Notes under the pieces: model-generated | The model's database searches: none | Told to the model about the DNA's origin: nothing | Seen by the model: the letters and a program-made list of their open reading frames with translations, nothing else | Source of the DNA: an uncultured Bifidobacteriaceae bacterium | GTDB lineage: Bacteria; Actinomycetota; Acidimicrobiia; IMCC26256; JAENVU01 | Length of the DNA: 52,952 nucleotides | Direction: 5' to 3' | Assembly (NCBI GenBank): GCA_964544295.1 | Contig: CAZJBJ010000003.1 | Location: 1 to 52,952, forward strand | Shown here: positions 1 through 7,821 of the stretch, one piece after another | Layout: each line of letters starts with the position of its first letter | Position numbering within the stretch: the first letter of the stretch is position 1 | Program-made: the position numbers and the translations under genes

Positions 1-629
1 AAGAAGGCGGGAAGGTCGACGGCGTGCGCGGGGCGTTCGTTGTCGTACGCCGCGACGTCGGTGTCGGTCCCCATGACGAACGGCCCGGCCGGGATCAGGA
101 CCTCCCCGGCCGGATCGGGACCGTCGGCCCCCGGGTCACGCGGCCGGCCTTCGCCGGTTCCCGCCTCGGCCGGATGACCGTCCGCCATCAGCTGGATCGT
201 CGCCAGCATCGTCTCGATGTGTTGGTGCTCGTGGCGGATGACCATGGAGTACACGAAGTCGTCCTGCGCCAACGCCGACGCCCGCTCGGAAGTCGGTCTC
301 GGTGGTGCGACGGTCAGGACCCGGCTGCGCACCGCGGCGGCGAACTCCTGCGCGGACTCGGGGTCGAGGATGTCGAGGGTCGGCCGTTCGGACCGGGCGT
401 GGCGAAACGCGTCGTAGACGTCGTCGAAGTGCGGGTCGGTGGGCGGCGCGCCCGTGAGCTCGCGCAGGAGCCACAACTCCTCGAAGTGGGCGATGTGCGC
501 GACGTCCCACACCAGTGGCGACATCAGGGGCGAATGCTGAGCGACGAGTTGCGCCTCGGTGAGCGAGGCGACGAGCGCATGGGTCCGTGCTCGCGCCTCG
601 GCGAGTTCCAGCTCGGTCGCGGGGCTCAT
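1..629 (-). CDS. egtB: Ergothioneine biosynthesis sulfoxide synthase EgtB (C-terminus runs off the left edge)
   Basis: Not in the ORF track; translated by hand from ATG at 629. Contains QHSPLMSPLVWDVAHIAHFEELWLLR (DinB-like N-domain), the HEHQH iron motif, then EVLIPAGPFVMGTD...YDNERPAHAVDLPAF (FGE-sulfatase domain). ATGA overlap with the egtA stop. Confidence 0.93.
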   Translation of the reverse strand, partial: MSPATELELAEARARTHALVASLTEAQLVAQHSPLMSPLVWDVAHIAHFEELWLLRELTGAPPTDPHFDDVYDAFRHARSERPTLDILDPESAQEFAAAVRSRVLTVAPPRPTSERASALAQDDFVYSMVIRHEHQHIETMLATIQLMADGHPAEAGTGEGRPRDPGADGPDPAGEVLIPAGPFVMGTDTDVAAYDNERPAHAVDLPAF

Positions 630-1861
630 CGGCTGGTGGTCGTCGCCGCCCGTTCGGGTGCGGGCGCAACCGCCTCCCCGGCGATCCACCGGTCGAGGCT
701 GTCATCGGCGAGCGAACGGCCGCGGCGGGTGTAGCGGTCGACGAACCGGTAGGCGTCGTCGACCACGGTGTCGGAGTAGCCGTGCTGCACGAGCGTCGGC
801 AGCGTCACGTCGAGCAACTGGATCGCGGTGGCCCCGATCGCCGGATCGTGCACGCCCCACCAGGCCGCATTGAGCGCGAGCGACCGCCCGCCGCGGACGA
901 TGGGCGCCACGCGTTGCCCGAGGTCGACGTCGGTCAGCACACTCACCGTGATCGCCGCCGCCACTTCCCACCAGGGGTGAGGCAACGCATCCAGCATCCG
1001 GAGTTCCAACCAACCGCGTGGACGAATCGGTGGGAACAAGGTCGTGAGGTGGTACTCGATGTCCTGGGTCTCGGGAAATCCGACGGCGTGACCGTCGGTG
1101 ATCCATTCGGCGAGCGTCACCGTCGAATCGGGCACGGTGCATTCCGAACCGGATCGCATGAGCATGACGGGAGCCGCCAGCGCGTACTCGACCCACGCCG
1201 TCGTCGCGTCCGGGGTGCCGATCGCGGGTGCCGTGCGACCCTGGTCGAGCGCGCTCCACACGGCCTGTCGGGTCGACTGCCAGCCGCTCGGGCGGCCGTC
1301 GACGAGGGACGAGTTCGCGAAGATGGCGGTGAGGATCGGCGCGACGTCGTGGGCGAGTTCCCACTGGGCATCGACGTCGTCGGCGAAGCCCACGTTGATC
1401 TGCAACGACGCGGTGTTGCACATCATGGACTCGCCCGCACTCCCGGCGACGGCGAAGTACTCGGCCATCGACCGGTACCGAGCCTCGTCGAGCACGCGGT
1501 GCCGTCGGTTGATCGGATCGAGACCGATCGCCGTGCATTCCATGCCGGCGTGAGCGAGCCGCGTGATGACCTCGGTCGAGTCCTCGGCGGCGACCCGGAT
1601 CGCCTCCGGACCGAAACCGGTCGGTGGAGCGCTCACCTCGACCTGGGCTCCCGGTTCGAAGGACAGGCGACTGTCGTGGGGGAGCGGGCCGCTCCGGGTG
1701 ATGGTGGAGTGCAGCAGATCGAGATCGGTCACCGGACGGCCGTGCCGGGTCACGAACCATTCGAGTTCGAAGCCGACCGCCGGTGGGCGGGACGCGAAAC
1801 CGGCCGCCGCGACGACGGCGGCGGCGTCCGCGATCGTCAGCGCTGGTCGGGGGCAAGGCAT
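626..1861 (-). CDS. egtA: Glutamate--cysteine ligase (GCS2 family), ergothioneine EgtA
   Basis: VGFELEW, SFEPGAQVEVS, MMCNTASLQINVG, HLTTLFPPIRPRGWLELRMLDA; directly upstream of egtB. Start placed at ATG 1861 (track ORF extends to 1924). Confidence 0.9.
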   Translation of the reverse strand: MPCPRPALTIADAAAVVAAAGFASRPPAVGFELEWFVTRHGRPVTDLDLLHSTITRSGPLPHDSRLSFEPGAQVEVSAPPTGFGPEAIRVAAEDSTEVITRLAHAGMECTAIGLDPINRRHRVLDEARYRSMAEYFAVAGSAGESMMCNTASLQINVGFADDVDAQWELAHDVAPILTAIFANSSLVDGRPSGWQSTRQAVWSALDQGRTAPAIGTPDATTAWVEYALAAPVMLMRSGSECTVPDSTVTLAEWITDGHAVGFPETQDIEYHLTTLFPPIRPRGWLELRMLDALPHPWWEVAAAITVSVLTDVDLGQRVAPIVRGGRSLALNAAWWGVHDPAIGATAIQLLDVTLPTLVQHGYSDTVVDDAYRFVDRYTRRGRSLADDSLDRWIAGEAVAPAPERAATTTSR

Positions 1862-1994
1862 GAAGGTCCCTCGGGGGTGGCCGGATGGTTCGGCGGTACG
1901 AAACAGGTCTCCCCGGCCGAGCATTCCTCGACCGTCGGTGGATCTGGAGACATCGTGGCTCCAGGGGGTGATTCGTTACAGGAAGCGCGCCGGA

Positions 1995-2603
1995 TCACCA
2001 GCCCCGTTCGATCCAGGCGTCGAGATGGGGCCGTTCGGTCCCGATGGTCGTGTCCAGCCCGTGACCCGGCAGGACCAGCGTGTCGGGTGGCAGCGTGAAC
2101 AGGCGGCGATCGATCGACTCGATGATCTGGTCGAAACTCGCGCCCTCGGTGGCCGTATTACCGGCGCCGCCCGGAAACAATGTGTCGCCGCTGAAGAGGA
2201 CCGGGTGGCCGATCAGCTCGAAGCAGGTCGAACCGGGGGTGTGGCCGGGCGTGTGGATCGCCCGGAGCGACAGCGAACCGACGCGGAGTTCCTCGTCGTC
2301 GGGGATGGTGAAGTCGTAGCTCGGCAGCATCGCGGCGTCCGCGGTGGCGATGCCGACCTCGATGCCGGCATCGCGCAATGCGGTGACGGCCTGGATGTGA
2401 TCCCAATGCCCGTGGGTCGTGAGCACCCGCCGTACCCCGGTCGCCCGGCTGACCTGGAGCAGGAGGTCGTGCTCGTTCGCCGCGTCGATGATCAACGCAT
2501 CGCCGCTGCCGACATCGCGCACGACGAACACGTTGTTCTCGAACGGGCCGACGACGTACTTGTCGATTCGGACCCCGGAGGCCGCGTAGTGGGGCTGCAA
2601 CAT
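1995..2603 (-). CDS. MBL-fold metallo-hydrolase (glyoxalase II-like)
   Basis: THGHWDH, HTPGHTPGS, FSGDTLF and PGHG motifs; ATG 2603 lies 8 nt after a TAGCGT -10-like box. Confidence 0.9.
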   Translation of the reverse strand: MLQPHYAASGVRIDKYVVGPFENNVFVVRDVGSGDALIIDAANEHDLLLQVSRATGVRRVLTTHGHWDHIQAVTALRDAGIEVGIATADAAMLPSYDFTIPDDEELRVGSLSLRAIHTPGHTPGSTCFELIGHPVLFSGDTLFPGGAGNTATEGASFDQIIESIDRRLFTLPPDTLVLPGHGLDTTIGTERPHLDAWIERGW

Positions 2604-2737
2604 CGGTATCGACGCTATCGCCCTCGGGCGGCCGTCGCGTCGCGGTCGGGAAGCCACGATCGCCGGTACCTCCAACGGTACGATCGAGTATCGATCCGAC
2701 GACGCCCGGAGGGGCAACTCCCACGCGGCCCGAACCG

Positions 2738-4033
2738 GTGAACCCGGTGAACCCGGTGCTGCCGAGTGCGAGCGTCGAGCACACCAGCCTCGGCGATCGC
2801 ATGCAGTTCCTGGACGCGCTCCGTGGGTTGGCGGCGATGTGCGTCGTCGTCCAACACTCGTTGGAGCAGCTCTACCCGTGGTGGTCCAAGTTCGCGCTCG
2901 AACGGTTCCGTCTCGGCGAGTTCGGCGTCGTGGTCTTCTTCCTCTGCTCCGGCTTCATCATCCCGGCGTCCCTCGAACGGCAGGGTTCGCAGATGAAGTT
3001 CTGGGTGGGCCGATTCTTCCGGCTCTTCCCGCTGTACTGGGCCACGCTCGCCGCGGTGCTCGTCCTGCACTACCAGTTCGATCGCTTCGGCCTGCCCCCG
3101 GCCTACCTCGAACACCCGATTCGGGCCACGGTCGCGAACGCGACGATGTTGCAGAACTTCCTGAGTCAACCGTTGGCGCTCGGGCAGTCGTGGAGCTTGG
3201 CCTACGAACTCGTCTTCTACGGACTGGTCTCGGCGATGTTCGTCGTCGGTCTCCACCGACGGTCGTCGCTGTGGGCCACCCTCGCATTCCTCGCGGCGAT
3301 GGTCGTGAACACCCGGCACGTGCCGACCGGCGCCATTCACGATCTGGTCACCGACGGCGGCAAGCGTCTGTTCCTGATCGCGGTGGTCTCGCTCGCGATC
3401 GGGGTCGGGTACACCGTGTGGGTCACGCGGTTCTCGGGGCCGCAGCGCTGGCTCAGCATCAGCATCGTCGCGGTCTCGATCCTGCTCGTCCTCAACCGGC
3501 CGAACGAACCGCTGTTCCAGGCGATGTTCTTCTTCGGCACCTTGTTCTTCGGGACCTGCCTGTTCCGGTGGAGCCAGGGTGAGCTGCCGACCGCGCGGCT
3601 CATGGCGATCGCCGGTCTGGGCGTCCTCGCGATCGTGGTGTCGTGGGTCACTGCCGACGTGTACTGGGCGCCCCTGCCGAACGAAGTGACCGTCGGCTCG
3701 TACAAGGCTGCGGAGATCCTCACCTACCTCGCGGCCTACGCCACCTTCGCGCTCGCGTTGCGGTTCCGCACCGCTCGGTTCCCGCGGTCGCTGCTCTGGC
3801 TCGGCACCATCAGCTATTCGCTCTATCTCGTGCACGTGATCATCATCGATTCCGTCGGGCGCCAGTTCGACAACCGCCCGCTCGACGCCCTGCTGTGGAT
3901 CGGACTGTCGGTGGTGGCCTCGGCGGTGACCTATCAGCTCATCGAGAAGCCCTCGATCAGCCTCGGGCGTAAGGTCTCGGCCCGGTCGGCGGCGCGCTGG
4001 GCACGCCCGGCGCCGACCCCGACCCGGCCCTGA
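2738..4033 (+). CDS. Acyltransferase family 3 (OafA/YrhL-like, membrane domain only)
   Basis: LDALRGLAA..VV..H, GVVVFF..SGF, RFFRLFPLYW, WSLAYELVFY, LGTISYSLYLVH, YQLIEKP. Start could also be ATG 2801. Confidence 0.9.
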   Translation: MNPVNPVLPSASVEHTSLGDRMQFLDALRGLAAMCVVVQHSLEQLYPWWSKFALERFRLGEFGVVVFFLCSGFIIPASLERQGSQMKFWVGRFFRLFPLYWATLAAVLVLHYQFDRFGLPPAYLEHPIRATVANATMLQNFLSQPLALGQSWSLAYELVFYGLVSAMFVVGLHRRSSLWATLAFLAAMVVNTRHVPTGAIHDLVTDGGKRLFLIAVVSLAIGVGYTVWVTRFSGPQRWLSISIVAVSILLVLNRPNEPLFQAMFFFGTLFFGTCLFRWSQGELPTARLMAIAGLGVLAIVVSWVTADVYWAPLPNEVTVGSYKAAEILTYLAAYATFALALRFRTARFPRSLLWLGTISYSLYLVHVIIIDSVGRQFDNRPLDALLWIGLSVVASAVTYQLIEKPSISLGRKVSARSAARWARPAPTPTRP

Positions 4034-4179
4034 CGGCCGGGGCTGACGGGCGGTCCTGACGTCGGTCGCGAATCGTCGCGGTTGCCCCGAATCCGCCTCC
4101 GGAGCCCAGGTGGTGCGCCCGGGTTGAGTCATGGCAAGCTGCGGCGCACTCCGTTCGAGTCGGCCGAGGAAGGACCCCC

Positions 4180-5298
4180 GTGAACTTCGCATTTTCCGAA
4201 GAGCAGGATCAACTGCGAGACGCCGTTCGCAAGTTCCTCGAGGCCAAGAGCCCCGAGGCCGAGGTCCGTCGGCTGATGGAGACCACCGAGGGCTACGACC
4301 GGGCGGTGTGGTCACAGATGGCGAACGAGTTGGGGCTCCAGAGCCTGCACATTCCCGAGGCGTACGGCGGCCAGGGGTTCACGTGGGTGGAACTCGGCAT
4401 CGTGCTCGAGGAGATGGGCCGGACGTTGCTCTGCGCGCCGTACTTCTCGACCGTCGTGTTGGCCGCCAACGCCATCCTGAACTCCGGCACCGAGGACCAG
4501 CAGGCCGCGTTGCTGCCGGGCATCGCGAGCGGTGAGACGATCGCGACGTTGGCGTTCACCGAGCCGAACGGCAAGTGGGACGCGTCGGGGATCACGCTCG
4601 AAGCGGACGGCACCAAGCTGACCGGCACGAAGATGTTCGTCATCGACGGTCACACCGCGGACCTCATCGTGGTCGTCGCCCGCGCCAAGGGGACGAGCGG
4701 CACCGACGGCATCAGCTTCTACACCGTCGCCGGCGACGCAGCCGGTCTCACCCGCACGCCGCTCGCCACGATGGACCAGACCCGCAAGCAGGCCAAGCTC
4801 GAGTTCGACGGCGTCGAGGCCGAGCTGCTCGGTACCGCGGGTGCGGGTTGGGACGCGTTGTCCAAGACCCTGGATCAGGCTGCGGTCGGTCTCTGCAACG
4901 AGATGGTCGGTGGCGCTCAGTACGTGCTCGACGAGTCGGTGCAGTACGCCAAGGACCGGGTGCAGTTCGGTCGCCCGATCGGTTCGTTCCAGGCGATCAA
5001 GCACAAGTGCGCCGACATGCTGCTCGAGACGGAGTCGGCCAAGTCGGCCGCGTACTACGCGGCCTGGGCCGCAGCCGAGGACAACGACGAACTGCCGGTC
5101 GTGGCCTCGTTGGCCAAGGCCTACTGCTCGGACGCGTACTTCCACTGCGCCGCGGAGAACATCCAGATCCACGGAGGGATCGGGTTCACCTGGGAGCACG
5201 ACGCCCACCTGTACTTCAAGCGGGCGAAGTCCTCGGAGATCCTGCTCGGTGACGCGACGTACCACCGTGAGTTGCTCGCCCAGCGCATCGGTATCTGA
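4180..5298 (+). CDS. Acyl-CoA dehydrogenase (FadE-like)
   Basis: IPEAYGG, LAFTEP, RVQFGRPIGSFQAIKH, IQIHGGIGFTWEH; GGAAGGA SD before GTG. Confidence 0.93.
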   Translation: MNFAFSEEQDQLRDAVRKFLEAKSPEAEVRRLMETTEGYDRAVWSQMANELGLQSLHIPEAYGGQGFTWVELGIVLEEMGRTLLCAPYFSTVVLAANAILNSGTEDQQAALLPGIASGETIATLAFTEPNGKWDASGITLEADGTKLTGTKMFVIDGHTADLIVVVARAKGTSGTDGISFYTVAGDAAGLTRTPLATMDQTRKQAKLEFDGVEAELLGTAGAGWDALSKTLDQAAVGLCNEMVGGAQYVLDESVQYAKDRVQFGRPIGSFQAIKHKCADMLLETESAKSAAYYAAWAAAEDNDELPVVASLAKAYCSDAYFHCAAENIQIHGGIGFTWEHDAHLYFKRAKSSEILLGDATYHRELLAQRIGI

Positions 5299-5329
5299 GA
5301 CCGAGTGACCGCCCGGCGATGAGGACCCG

Positions 5330-5791
5330 ATGATCTGGATCGTCGGGTTCATCGTCGTCGGACTGGTCCTCGCGATTGCGGCCGCGTTGGTCTTCCGCGA
5401 GGCCGCGCGCCTGAGTGAGGATCCGCCCGACGCGGTGTTCGACCCGGACGACGCGCAGGCGTGGGTCGTGGAACATCTCCCCGATCTCGTGGCCGCGACC
5501 CTGACCGAAGCCGACGTCGAGCGGATCCTCGGCTTCCAGGCTGAGTTCTTCGAGCAGCGGGGTGTCGCGCACACCACCGAGCGGCCCGACGACTCGGTGC
5601 CGGCGCTCCTCAGCCCCGAGGCCACGATCGACTACATCGTCGAACGCTGTGCTGCGACCGGCGAGGCGTACCTGCCCGAACAGGTCGAGGGTGTCGTGGC
5701 CTGCCAGCTCGACTACCTGGTGTTCATCGGCGCCATCGGGCGCCCGGTCGAGGATCCGCTGGACGATTTCGGTCCCGGCTCGTCGCCCTGA
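5330..5791 (+). CDS. Hypothetical protein with N-terminal membrane anchor
   Basis: Hydrophobic first ~22 aa, then an acidic helical domain; GAGGA SD; GC3-rich codons. Confidence 0.75.
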   Translation: MIWIVGFIVVGLVLAIAAALVFREAARLSEDPPDAVFDPDDAQAWVVEHLPDLVAATLTEADVERILGFQAEFFEQRGVAHTTERPDDSVPALLSPEATIDYIVERCAATGEAYLPEQVEGVVACQLDYLVFIGAIGRPVEDPLDDFGPGSSP

Positions 5792-5835
5792 ACGGTCCCG
5801 ACGCCCGGAAAACGCTCGAACCCACCCGACCGACG

Positions 5836-5854
5836 TGGTACGAATCTCGTACCA
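5836..5854. promoter_or_regulatory. Perfect inverted repeat TGGTACGA-atc-TCGTACCA (candidate operator or 5' hairpin)
   Basis: 8-bp perfect arms with a 3-nt spacer, immediately 5' of the SD of the 13-aa ORF. Confidence 0.45.
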
Positions 5855-5876
5855 GAGAAAGGGGGTGGTCCAACAC

Positions 5877-5918
5877 ATGCATGATCAACATGGGACCCTG
5901 GAGGTGCTCGGCCGCTAG
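5877..5918 (+). CDS. Small ORF, 13 aa MHDQHGTLEVLGR
   Basis: Very strong SD AAAGGGGGTGG (5858-5868) 8 nt before ATG; the stop codon sits in a 7-bp hairpin CTAGGAA-cct-TTCCTAG (5915-5931). Confidence 0.5.
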   Translation: MHDQHGTLEVLGR

Positions 5919-6044
5919 GAACCTTTCCTAGAAGTCGCTCACTCATTGGACTTCGTGCGGAATTCCACCGCAGCACCGCCGCCGTCCGATCGGGAGTTGG
6001 TCCCACCCGAGCAGTCCGGACGTCGGAACCAAGCACACACGCGA

Positions 6045-6082
6045 AGAGCCGGTGGGAAGGTCGTGACCTTTCCACCGGCTCT
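6045..6082. terminator. Long GC-rich hairpin, likely bidirectional intrinsic terminator
   Basis: AGAGCCGGTGGGAAGG-tcgtga-CCTTTCCACCGGCTCT (16-bp stem, one G-U pair) between convergent transcription units; no U-tract, as is common in actinobacteria. Confidence 0.75.
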
Positions 6083-6111
6083 CTCGCGCTCGACCCCGAC
6101 GACGGGTACGG

Positions 6112-7821
6112 CTACGGCTTCGGGCAGAACTTCTGCTCGGCGGCGATGGGGTTCTTGGGGATCTTCAGCAGCGTGTACTCGGGCGCGTGCCAGATGTTCG
6201 AGAGGAACCGGCCCGGGGTGAGCGGCTCGGTCACGGCGTCGAGCAGTCCCTTGATCGGCTGACACCGCAGCACCCGACGCGCGGCCTTGGTACGGGCGTC
6301 GGTGCCACCCACGCCGAACCGCGCGTCGTACCACTGGTCGTCGACCTGCTTGCGGTGACCTGCGGGCCGGTCGGGGATCGGGTCGGTGCGTGCGGCCAAC
6401 GGCTCGGCGAGCCCGCCGATGTCGACGATGTAGACGTCGTGACCCATGACGCGGGCGGGCACACCGATCGAGCCCAGGACGACCACCAGTCGGTTGGGGT
6501 CCTTGCCGGCCCGCGGCTGCTTGTCGAGGACCCGCATGAATCCGCGCCAGCCGTTGGCGTAGTTCCGGCGGATCTCCTGGGGTGCGATGGTGATGCCCGC
6601 ATCCGGGGTGTGGAACATCTCCTTGTGCAACACCAGCCGCCAGTCGGCGATGTCGGTGAGCCCGAACGTCTGCTTCGGGGCGGGGTACCGCACGCCGGCG
6701 ATCACGACGACGACCCAGACCACGGCGACCGCCACCGGGACGAGGCGGCGGACGACGTGCGCGCGCCAGCGCCGCGGATCGATGCCGACCGAAGCGGGCA
6801 GCGCGACCGCGAACACCGCGGGAAGCAACAGGCGACCGTGCATGTAGTCGCCGCCGGTGGCGATCATGTAGCCGGCACCGGCCGCAGCCGCGATCAGGAA
6901 CGTGGCGCTCACGACCAGTTGCCGCCGGTCGCGCACCTCGATGCCGCGCACGAGGACCACCACGACGATGACGGCGAGCGGGATCCAGAGCGCGTAGGTG
7001 CCGACCAGGTCGGTGAAGTAGTTCCATCCCTGGCTCACGTGCAGCCCGCTCGAGTCCTTGGCCAGTGCGGTGCTCGGCACCAGGCTGGCGAAGTAGCCCA
7101 TGCGGAAGACCTGGTACGCGATCGGGAGCGCGAACGCGATCGCGAGGTCGCGGATGATTCGGCGCGGGCTCGCCAGCAGGAACCACGCGACGAGGAACAC
7201 GATCACCATCAGACCGAGTTCGGGCCGTACCAGCGGACCCAGACCGAGCGCGACCAACGACCACCGCCGGGCGCGGGGCGTGGGCTCGGGTGCGTCCGCC
7301 ACGCGGGTGAGCGCGAGCCAGCAACACGCGATCCAGAGCCAGACGAGGCTCATCTCGAGCCCCGAGGTGGCGAAGTCCCACATCACCGGGATGGCGGCCA
7401 CGATGATCAGGCCGATCGGAATCACGAGTTCGCCGGGCCGGTGACGGCGGCGAGTGGCGAGGGCCGCGATCGTGAACGCGCCGATCGCGGCGGCCAGTCC
7501 GAACAGCACCGAGATCCACTCCATGCCCATGGCCCACCCGAACAGGGTCCGACCCACGACGAGGATCGCGAGCCAGAGAGTGCTCGTGTAGGTCTCGATC
7601 CGCTCGCCGGCGTTGAACACGGGCCCGTGACCTGCCATCACCTGGTCGACGATGCGGAAGTTGATGAACGCGTCCTCGTCGGTCCAGCGGTGGATCCACG
7701 CGCCGATGCCGATCATGACGGCGGGAAGCGCGAGCAGCACGATCGAGGCCGCGCGCGTCCACGCGGGTCGTGGTGTCGCGGCCACGGCGTCCACCGTCTC
7801 GTCGAGTTCGGGGTCGGTCAT
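6112..7821 (-). CDS. GT-C fold glycosyltransferase, AftB (arabinofuranosyltransferase)-like
   Basis: RWTDEDAFINFRIVDQVMAGHGPVFNAGERIETYTSTLW, DFATSGLE, LGPLVRPEL, FRMGYFASLVPSTALAK, GGDYMHGRLLLP and GLAEPLAAR...RPAGHRK match AftB-family motifs; ATG 7821 overlaps the upstream stop (ATGA). Confidence 0.8.
   Translation of the reverse strand: MTDPELDETVDAVAATPRPAWTRAASIVLLALPAVMIGIGAWIHRWTDEDAFINFRIVDQVMAGHGPVFNAGERIETYTSTLWLAILVVGRTLFGWAMGMEWISVLFGLAAAIGAFTIAALATRRRHRPGELVIPIGLIIVAAIPVMWDFATSGLEMSLVWLWIACCWLALTRVADAPEPTPRARRWSLVALGLGPLVRPELGLMVIVFLVAWFLLASPRRIIRDLAIAFALPIAYQVFRMGYFASLVPSTALAKDSSGLHVSQGWNYFTDLVGTYALWIPLAVIVVVVLVRGIEVRDRRQLVVSATFLIAAAAGAGYMIATGGDYMHGRLLLPAVFAVALPASVGIDPRRWRAHVVRRLVPVAVAVVWVVVVIAGVRYPAPKQTFGLTDIADWRLVLHKEMFHTPDAGITIAPQEIRRNYANGWRGFMRVLDKQPRAGKDPNRLVVVLGSIGVPARVMGHDVYIVDIGGLAEPLAARTDPIPDRPAGHRKQVDDQWYDARFGVGGTDARTKAARRVLRCQPIKGLLDAVTEPLTPGRFLSNIWHAPEYTLLKIPKNPIAAEQKFCPKP

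Larger units (their letters stand above)
5855..6088 (+). ncRNA. Putative structured small RNA / sORF-bearing transcript
   Basis: Series of stems (5915-5931; 5956-5972; 5983-6022 with inner 5990-6010) ending in a long hairpin, within a 320-nt gap between convergent genes. Confidence 0.4.

Noticed and set aside
2733-2758. Short tandem AACCCGGTG repeats at the acyltransferase start
   Set aside because: A 9-bp in-frame unit with 2-3 copies cannot phase-vary the frame; likely slippage.
5855-6088. tRNA, tmRNA, SRP, RNase P or 6C RNA identity for the structured region
   Set aside because: No T-loop/CCA acceptor, no SRP loop motif and no paired C-rich loops recognised; left as unknown.
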